Source of the DNA: the human T2T-CHM13v2.0 reference genome, Homo sapiens
Length of the DNA stretch: 64,000 bases
Assembly: GCF_009914755.1 (NCBI RefSeq)
Contig: NC_060941.1
Direction: 5' to 3' (one strand)
Shown here: piece after piece, positions 53,382-64,000 of the stretch
How positions within the stretch are numbered: position 1 is the stretch's first letter
How the letters are laid out: each line of letters begins with the position of its first letter
Translations under genes and position numbers: made by a program
The notes under the pieces: generated by a model
Databases searched by the model: none
Told to the model about the DNA's origin: nothing
What the model saw: the letters and a program-made list of their open reading frames with translations, nothing else

Positions 53382-54544
53382 TAACTATATGTTTTTATTC
53401 TCAGTACTTGCCTCTATGCTTCACTTTCAGCAACTCATAACTCTTTGTTGATTGACGTTGATGCAATCATCAGTTTATCCTATCTTTTGTCTCTCCCTAA
53501 AAATTGGTTTATCTTCAAAAGATAGCCTGATGCTCAGTAAGTCAGTCAAGCTCTTTACAGGGAAGCATGTGATATTAACTTGAGGAGCTGCTACAGACAT
53601 TGCGTAGTATACAGAAGCAGATCAGCAGAGGTCACTGTATAAATCCTGCCAACCAAGGTAGAAATTCAGCCACCATAAACAGCTATTTTGGAATGGAAAG
53701 GCTAGAGAAACAGCATGCAGTTAAAAATTAATAGTGTGCTATAAACTTTTCCTTTAAATAATAAATTGATTTTGGATTTGATAGAGTTAGAGTCCCTGTA
53801 AGACATCTGATGAAACAGTTCCAAGTGTGAGCCAGTGGAGGCACACATCAGAGGCAGGAGGACTCTGTGGCTTCTCTCAACGCTCATGCATTCCCTCCTT
53901 TCCTATCTGCGGGGCTAGGAATGAGCATTATTTTTTTGTTTGGGGTAGTTGCACTTCGGTAGGTTTTTCTACAAGCTACCCCTAGAGGGTGCAATAACCC
54001 TCTCCCTCTTACGTTCTCAGCTAGAGACCAGGGGCATGTGTACTGTTGGAAAGTTAATCTGTTCAAAGTAACAGCCAGACCCAAGTGACTCAAAATTTAA
54101 TTGCAAATAATTTGGACCCAATTTTCAGCCGATTAGCCTTATAACCTGACAGTTATAAAGTGCCTACTATGTGTACATCTTCTTCTGTTTGCACAATTTT
54201 CCAATTAGACATAAGAAACATTAAATTGAGCTCCATTCCTCAATTATTAAAAGTTGACCTCTATATTTCTAGGTCAACTAGAATAGTAATTTTAAAATCT
54301 GATATTTTATTTATAAGAAGAGTGCTTTGTCTCATTTCCTACAAAAAAGAATGTTAAAAAAATGAACCCCTATTTAGTAAGTATAACTTTTAAATTTGAA
54401 TGTAGAGTGTCCTAATTTGCTGAAATAAATTTTTATATTACCACTTTATATATAGATTAAAATTGCATCTTTAATTTTTTTTACTCAGACATCGATTAGA
54501 AATATAAATGTTTCTTGTTCAATACTTATACTTACTAAAACTGA

Positions 54545-54713
54545 GTTTGAGGAAATGTCCTCTCTAAGCCTTAGTTTTCTTAATTATAAAATAGGAGATA
54601 ATATTTGCACATCTGGCACATGGCTGCTCTAAGGGTGAAGTGAGACCATCCATATGAAACACTTAGAACAATGCCTATCATATAGTAAGCACTCAATAAA
54701 TACCAGCTATTAA
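54545..54713 (+). mobile_element. MIR
   Basis: CCTCTCTAAGCCTTAGTTTC.T.A.T.ATAAAATAGGAGATAATA...TATGAAACACTTAGAACAATGCCT..CATATAGTAAGCACTCAATAAAT...AGCTATTA. Confidence 0.8.
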
Positions 54714-55680
54714 GAAGGATACATAATTTTGTGTTACAATATTCTATAATCTTTAATAAATCACAGCTTTGTTACAAAGAGGCATATCACATAATTCTAT
54801 CTAGTCATATCTGATACTATTCTAATAATTTAGATGTCATTTATTGACTATAGACATATATATGTAATGCACATAAAGAATGATTTGAGACACAAGTCAG
54901 AGTGGTTGCTGGTAGGAAAACACACACGCACAAACACACAAATTTCACTTAGTCAATTTGAATTGTGTCAGTCAATGACTTAGAACTGGGAAATTGTAGA
55001 GCTTCTTACATTTCAGTAACACCAGTGCCAATCTGTTTGTGCCATTTTAAAATGTTTTGAGCAAAATGTATTTTGTATCTTGGCAATTATGTTATTTGAA
55101 TCCAGAGTACCCACTCATAAAAGCATGATCAAGTAGGGCAATAAAGATTGGAAGGATAAAAGAGATTCGATATCTTACAAGTGTCCTCTTGCAATCCACC
55201 TTCCTTTTACAGAACTAAATTTGTCTTAGAGATACTGCCAATTATCTTAAAAAAACTGTACTCCGCACCTGTTGTCACCTTCTTCACTCAATAGAAAACA
55301 AGGGGCATCTGAATTAACAAAACGGAAACTCTGAAAAAGTTCCAAACGGCTTCCTCAAATGTAGCACCTTTACCCTCAGAATGTGAAGTTGACAGGTTAG
55401 GCACTGACTTAGGAATTTGCTTTTAGGTGCTGGAGATCCCCGTGACCAAATAAATCTTGCCTCACCTACTAACTGATGCTTAAAACTCCACTTTAGCAAA
55501 CTCTTTCCTTTTCTTGCAGGTTTTTATCTGTGTGAGGAATATAGCTTCATGATATCATCATAACTTTATGATTTCAATCATTTAAAATCTAACACAACTG
55601 AAGAACTCGATGACTTATTAGTAAAATGGTAAGATAGAGTATTCAAAGGCACTGGTTCTCTGATAAAAAGAAGAGCGTTA

Positions 55681-55972
55681 GGCCAGGTGCGGATCACACC
55701 TGTAATCCCAGCACTTTGGAAGGCCAAGGCGGGCAGATGACTTGAGGTCAGGAGTTCGAGACCAGCCCCGCCAACAGGGTGAAACCATGTCTCTACTGAA
55801 AATATAGAAAAATTAGCTGGGTGTGGTGGCACACACATGTAATCCCAGCTACTCAGGAGGCTGAGGGAGGAGAACTGCTTGGACCTGAGCAACAAAGGGT
55901 GCAGTGAGCCAAAATCATGCCACTGCACTCCAGCCTGGGTGAGAGTGAGACTCTGCCAAAAAAAAAAAAAAA
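55681..55972 (+). mobile_element. Alu, AluSz/Sx-like
   Basis: Dimeric Alu; tail continues into TTAA, TA and GA repeats to ~56037. Confidence 0.93.
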
Positions 55973-56005
55973 TTAATTAATTAAAAAAAATTAATTAATT
56001 AAAAA

Positions 56006-56037
<32 letters not shown>

Positions 56038-57394
56038 GAAGAGAGTAAACCAGTCTAGAAAAAAGACCTCCAACTCAAAGCCAACATTATGAGGACATAA
56101 TACCAATTCCTTTCAAGTTTTGTTAACTCTTCCTAGGTGAATGGGTGAGACTGCATGTCTGGTTTCTAATTGTGTCTGTGCAATTTTGCTTCCCAGATGA
56201 TGGCTATGTAGGGTCTTGTTTGCTGGCTTGGTCTCCTTCTATTTTCAATCTGTACCATTGTTTTAGCTTCTGCAGTATAAATACATATCTAAAGGCACAT
56301 GTGTGTATGCTGCCCCGCTTTTCTGTGGGTGTTTAGTGCAAGGCATACGTGATTTGTGGCTTTGGCGGCCTGATTTGGGTTTTGCCCTTGAGAAAAAACT
56401 CTGGTTCTGATGTGTGTATATAGCAAATGAAGCATACTAATGGCATAATTGGTACACGGTGGATCATGCTGTAACCCCGGATTGCACGGATACCTCAACA
56501 GTGAGCTGACTTAGGAACAGCACGTTGCACTTTGCCTTCCGTAACCTCCCCGAGTGTGCCCTTCCAGGTGAGTTGCATGGAGCTGGGGATTGTCCAGGTT
56601 CTTGACAGTAGGTTTTGTTTCAAGCAAATGTAATATGCTTACATAATAAACATTTTATGTGACACCTGAAATAAAATTGATTATCCTGGGGATTATCTTT
56701 GCCAGTCTCTGCCCCTTCCCAAGAGTACTGCTATATCAAAGCAAGGAGAGGCTTTGAAAGGTGTGAGAATATCCACTTCATCCATTCCATTGCATCAAAA
56801 GCCCCTTTGTCAGTTGGAATCGCTAGATAACATATAACATTGTTCCACTTAAGCATAAGCCAGAAAGTGACGTATGAAGGGTACTTTCAGATGTCCCGGT
56901 TAAAACATTAACTTGAGCTGAGATGAGTAGAGAGTCTTTTGGACCAAGGTATGAATATCTGGAAGGCAAAGAAATTTTTCCTGGACTATATTACACCAAA
57001 ATAACTAGTTCCATATAGGAGAGGAATTCTAGTATCTTACAAGTGATGAGTGCATTTTGCATATCTTAGTCAACAGAGACTCTGGGTGAGAAAAGCAGGT
57101 GTTCTTCTAAAATATTTTGCTTCCAGAAAAACTGTCTTCCTGGGCACACTGGGAGGGCTTGCTCACTCCACAGGGCCCTGACAGTCTGATCTGATCAAAT
57201 AGGGCACTGGAAAGAATTTGGCAAAACGTTATTCTGATGGATTGGTGTCATAATCCCATCACCTGTTTAGCAGTTAATTTCACTGTTCCAGTCTTCCTAG
57301 TAATATTACCTAAGGAATATGTTATTCCATTTCCCAAAGTCGTTACATTTTTCATTGTCACCTGGAAATCCACACGTTAAAAACTGCTTAAATC

Positions 57395-57756
<362 letters not shown>

Positions 57757-58354
57757 TCATTTTTCCAATTTATTTTTTCGGTCACTGCCTACAGAAGTTT
57801 TGAGTTTAAGTGAACATTGCCAAAAAAAAATGTGCAGATGCTCAAATCTTTGCAGGATTTATAATATTATATAGGGACTGTTTTATAGCCCATTACACTA
57901 AAATGAGTTGGATTTATTACATGCCAAACAACAACAACAAAAATCACAAGTTGGAGAATAATTAACTGGAATAGACATTTTTTTTATCCTTCTACTAGCA
58001 AAAAAAAAAAAAAATTGTAATTTTATGCTCCAGAAAAACTCATTCTTAAATTTTATATCTGAGTTTGCTTTGCCAAACTCATATTGTTTTTAAATAAATG
58101 ATAAAACGTACTCTTGAGGCCTCCATCCTACAAAGGACTTGAGAAGTGCCGTTAATATGAGTCTGCTGTTCATGTTTGTTCTTGTGTATTTTTGTAAGCT
58201 ACAGAACAAAATGGGCTGGCCATTTTTTTAATGCCCATTATTACCTCCAATCTTTCTTTTTGTCCACTCTTTATCAAAATTCTCCTTCTGAGACAGGTTT
58301 TATGGTACACATTCCAAAGTAGACAACAAATAAGTTGTTGCACTTTAAGAGCTA

Positions 58355-58831
<477 letters not shown>

Positions 58832-59904
58832 CTATCACAGCTCAATGATACCATTATAACGTCATGCTTCCCTTTAGGGATCATGTATTCTAAGAGCACC
58901 GATGGCTTATTATTACTCTTTCCATAGACCACACAGTTCCTCCCTGAAGGCTCTATCCACAGTTACAATGCCCACAAACCCCATCACTATTGGAAAACTC
59001 TGAATCATCAAACACTCCTTACTATTATGTATCAAGAGTGCCTTTTTCTTAAACAATAGTAAAAAGAAAAAAAAATGCAAGTATTTTACAATGTTATTTT
59101 GTTAATAAGCCCAGTTATGGTTAAATTCAAGATATAAGTGTCACAGAAGGAGGTGGTTGAAGCATCCCCCAAATGCACAACACGCACCCGCCCCCCAACA
59201 CACACACATACAATGATACAGGGTGAATTTCTTCCAGCACTTTCCTTTTTTCATACGTCTGGAATTCTCCTTACCATGAGTGGTAAAATTTCAGGAAAAT
59301 TCAGAAACAGTATTTTAGTATTACATAATGAATTTTCAATTTTCCAGTTACAGATATTTTAACCACCTCCATTACTAATGTGTGGTCTGCAGGTATGTGT
59401 CAGCAAGTTGGTATCTCAGAGTAGCTGTCTTGTCTCAGAGTGACCCCAGACATGAAAAGCATTGGGAAAAGGGACACAGGTCTGAACTCTGGGCTTGAGA
59501 TGTTATATCAGATATTATTTTCTGCTTACATTTTTATAGTAGAAGATTGATTATCATTTGCCCAGATTTTATCTATATCTATAAATTGGCAATGGCTTTT
59601 TTAGTTATACAATTCTATTTTACTAAGGAAAGCACCTAATAATGCTACTGAAAATAATTTAACCAAGATGTCACCATTTGTGAGCAAGCAAACTCTCCCT
59701 TTCTTCTATTCATTTAGTCAGTTAATTTATTTAATTTATTCCTCTCCTTGGAATAGAATATAAAAATTCAACATTGCTTGTTTCCTACTAAGTGCTTGAC
59801 TGTATATGAGGTTCAAGGAAACAGTCAGTATTAAAGGGGATTAAAGAATTGGGGCTGAAGGAAGCGGGGAAGATGTCTCTTCTCTCAGAAACAGAGTGGA
59901 AATA

Positions 59905-60214
59905 AGCCATCATTCTCAGCAAACTAACACAGGAACAGAAAACCAAACACTGCATGTTCCCACTTATAAGTGTGAAATGAACAATGAGAACACATGGACA
60001 CAGGGAGGGGAACATCACACACTGGGGCCTTTCGGGGGGTGGGGGGAAAGGGAAGGGATAGCATTAGGACAAATACCTAATGCATATAGGGCTTAAAACC
60101 TAGATGACGAGTTGATAGGTGCAGCAAACCACCATGGCACATGTATACCTATGTAACAAACCTGTACGTTCTGCACATGTAGCCCAGAACTTAAAATAAA
60201 ATTAAAAATAAAAT
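59905..60214 (+). mobile_element. L1PA (about PA10-13) 3' end
   Basis: AAGCCATCATTCTCAGCAAACTAACACAGGAACAGAAAACCAAACAC...TTAAAACCTAGATGAC..GTTGATAGGTGCAGCAAACCACCATGGCAC...CCCAGAACTTAAA plus A tail. Confidence 0.93.
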
Positions 60215-60440
60215 AGTTTCGAAAAGAATATGCACATATCTTATGTGCAAAGAATATTTGACCAAGCACTGAGAGTTGCTAATCACCTTCAACACCCCTG
60301 CCTCCTGGGTACTTGGTAAAGCTTAGTGAAATAACGTATTTATGTTGAAATAACTTTTGGTATCAAAAGAATAAGACATTAATTTGAGATAACATTTTGC
60401 TGAAACTACGTTATGTACCTCTTTGGATGAAAATTACTGA

Positions 60441-60624
<184 letters not shown>

Positions 60625-61343
60625 TACCAAGACTTTTTAAAATTCTTTTTGGCATTAATTATTGAGGAAACAGGATCAAGCTATTGTTTCTGCTGGCAAC
60701 ATACACACATCTTATGACTAGAGGTGAACTTAATCAATTCAGGTAACCAATTTGTTAAAGATTTGTTACACAAACCTATGTCCTATGTAGAGATTGACGG
60801 CACAGTAGAGTTCAAAGAGCTGATCATATAGCTTCATCACAGACATGAAACAGGCCTGACTGCATGAAATACAATGTCACATAGTCCAGTCCTGAAACAG
60901 TAGTTGCCAGCTTCCCACGTGCAGGTTCAAGTTTCTGAGATAGAGTATAGTCTCAATGTTAAAATAACAATTGTAATGATTAACAACCTCTAGGTAGTGG
61001 TGTGGACGTCTTTCTACATACACATACAGGATATTAACCTTCACACTTCAAACCAGTCCAGCAAGCACAAACAATACATTGAGGGAAGGAGAATTATTGG
61101 GAAAATAGATCCGCATAGGAGGTTGGCAGCAGCCTCAGAGAAAATGGCTTGTTGTAAATACTAAGTCATGAATGCCACCGTTTCTGTATCATTATGCTCT
61201 ATTTCTGGTGACCTCTACATAGTCTGAGAAAATGCTGACCAGAATAGGTGCTCGTAGGATGTAAGTCATAATGTGCTACAAGGTAGAAATTATTAACAAA
61301 ATCATGCTTTTTCTGGTCATTTCTCAAGATGTTTGCACCCTAC

Positions 61344-61666
<323 letters not shown>

Positions 61667-62536
61667 CCCCACCCTGGTCAGAGGTCTCTTAGTCTCCTTG
61701 GTTATTGCTGGGCTACATATAAAGAAAAATTTTCCCTTTAAAGTAATCCAACCTTTCTGAAAAGCCAACCCTCAAACTCATTCATATAATAAACATTATG
61801 CTGTTTAATCCTTTCTGGTATTTAATGCCCAAAATTTATTTACTTACTGAAAAGAGCAACATAAAACAATCTAATTAACAATACCTGGTAAAATACTTTA
61901 AGGCTGGTGACGCTTTTCTTACCCTCCTTTTTTTTTTTTCTCATGATAGCAATTACAAATGAGCTTGAGATAGACCAAAGTTGTAATCATTTCTTGTTAG
62001 TTTGTTTGTTCTGTCTTCAAATGGCAAATAAAACTGGAAAAATGCTTAAACTTAGATACTGTAAAGTTTTGCAGTTCATCCTATAGATCTTGCTATTTGA
62101 TTTGGTTCTTTATTCTCAGAGGTGCCTTTCTCATGCAAAATGATCGATGGAAATGTGGCAATCTTGTATACACAGTGAATATGAGAGTGTGATTAGTTTT
62201 CATTAGAAGATCAATAGCTTCTTTAAATCTTCGAAACGTGTTTAGACTAGCCTACTTTATTAACTTGGCAATGGATTTTTTTTTAGCAGTCTTGAAGTAA
62301 ACACATGATTTTTATAGTCTAGCAAAATTATATTGGAAATGCAACCAGGAATACTTGAAGTGACATAAGCACAAAAGAGTATTATATTTAAAATCTTTAT
62401 CAAATGTTTAACAAATCACTTAATAAAATTTCAGTATTTCAGCACAATGACAAATATATATTCCATACTAAAGCCTTGTAACTATTAATAAGTAAAAACC
62501 AAATTGGCTGTGAGATTCCTAGGGATGAGTTTAACA

Positions 62537-62757
62537 CAGGGTTTCTCAACCCAGGCACTAACAACAGTCTGAGGCAAATAATTCTATGTTGTAAAGGTTG
62601 TCCTTGCACTTTAAGAAGTTTAGCATCCAGCCTGGTCTCTACTCACTCATTACCAATGGTGTCTCTTACTCCCACCCCGAGCTGTGGTAACCAAAAATGT
62701 CTCTAGTTGCAAAATATTCCCTCTGGGGCAAAAATCACTTGAAGCTGAGAACCACTG
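62537..62757 (+). mobile_element. MER20 (hAT-Charlie), near full length
   Basis: CAGGGTTTCTCAACC..GGCACTA...ATAATTCT.TGTTGT...ACCAAAAATGTCTC...GGGGCAAAAATCAC....GCTGAGAACCACTG with inverted termini. Confidence 0.88.
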
Positions 62758-64000
62758 GTTCAGTATAATACAAAATAGGAGTTTTCATTTGTTTGTTTTT
62801 CTTAGTCTTTCATGATAGGTTTATAATTGTACCTAAGAAAGTATATGGGCTCTATCATTTCAAAATTACGGCGGTAAATATAAATGGCATTGAGTTTTTT
62901 TAACATGGGCTATTAGAATCAAATTGATAGAGAAAGTGCTAGATAAGGGAAGATACATAGTGGAAAAACCTTAAAGTAAGCTCAACACATTTTTAAGAAG
63001 GCTGGTGTTGAAGATCTTATCACACTTAGTAACAAGTGTGAACTACAAATTCTAAACATTGGTTTTGATGGTAGACCTCGTGGTACCCAAGGATGGGCTG
63101 CCAACCTCTTATCGAAGCAAATTTTAAGGGTACAGAGGCAGAATTCAGGTGATACTGAAACAACACAAACCAAACAAAAGTGCTAGTTTGGTAATTAATG
63201 GCTTCTGAGGGTTGGCTTGTAGGGAAATGGAGCTTGGTAGAGGATTATGGAAAAAAGCTAAGAAGATGCCTGGTGCTTTTGTACCCACTTGCTCATTAAT
63301 AGGTAAATGAATTGAAGGCTGAGGGAAGAGAAGCTCATGTTCTTCTTGCATGCTTGACATTGCAACTACATTTTATAAATGTAATGTTATTGCAGATGAA
63401 TGTGATCTCCTGTTCTTTTCTGGCCCAATGCCCAGCACGATGTTCTGCATAGAATCCAGTGCTCAATAAATGTTCAGTAATTATGGTAAACAGGAGAACC
63501 TAACTAACAACAGCATAATTTCCCATTTGAAGAATTCTAGATAGTAAATGCAATGTCCATGACAGTTAATAAAGCAATGTTTCATCAAATCCATGTGCTA
63601 CTGATATTCAGAGATAGGATATGATCTCATTACCAAAAACAAAAATTAAAATAAAGAAAGAGGAAGAGGCAGAGACAGTGCTCTAACTCCCCTCCTCATG
63701 ATTTACTCTAAGGAGAACATATCACTAACTTTGCAACAGCCAAATATTACTAGACTTCATCTTCACCTTTCTGAAATAAGAAATATTCACTAAACTTTTT
63801 TTTCATGCTAATGGAAATGGGAAACAAAAAGGTAGGCTCACAGTACCTACTATGGCAAGCTTGTATGCTTGCTAAAAGTTTTGGCTACTTGAAATTGGTT
63901 TATGTAAAACTAAAAATGGAGCCTGTGGATTGCAGGTTGGGATCCTAGACTTGCCCAGTGGCTTCCCAGAATGTAAGCTAGACACTGAGAACCAAGAAGA

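Noticed and set aside
54252-54279. AGTTGACCT-N10-AGGTCAACT inverted repeat / everted nuclear-receptor half-sites
   Set aside because: A 9-bp stem is expected by chance at this window size, and the spacing is not a standard response element.

Overview
AT-rich primate (human-like) non-coding genomic DNA. I find no intact protein-coding gene, tRNA, rRNA or CRISPR array, and I cannot name the locus. Many supplied ORFs are translations of Alu, L1, LTR or microsatellite sequence, and the rest are short ORFs of chance length. Recognisable content: 13 Alu copies (AluS and AluY, most with visible target-site duplications), decayed L1M/L1ME pieces, several L1PA 3' ends (one 5'-inverted), solo LTRs (THE1, two MLT2, MLT1), DNA-transposon fossils (MADE1, MER5, MER20, MER47, MER53, MER94), MIR/L2 remnants and microsatellites. 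Repeat subfamilies were called by eye from remembered consensus sequences and need RepeatMasker/Dfam confirmation. The unique sequence holds the items worth follow-up. (1) A speculative chain of five phase-compatible minus-strand exon candidates at 36.5-38.8 kb that could be a decayed gene. (2) An ~87-nt, ~40-bp-stem hairpin at 34.8 kb with pre-miRNA-like geometry. (3) A CpG-retaining block at 20.8-21.9 kb with posterior-HOX/CDX and TCF motifs. (4) A 150-bp tandem duplication at 24.9 kb. (5) A good CTCF motif at 41.7 kb. (6) Several isolated exon-like segments, one next to a UG repeat. All of these are hypotheses; the sequence alone does not demonstrate a new biological system.
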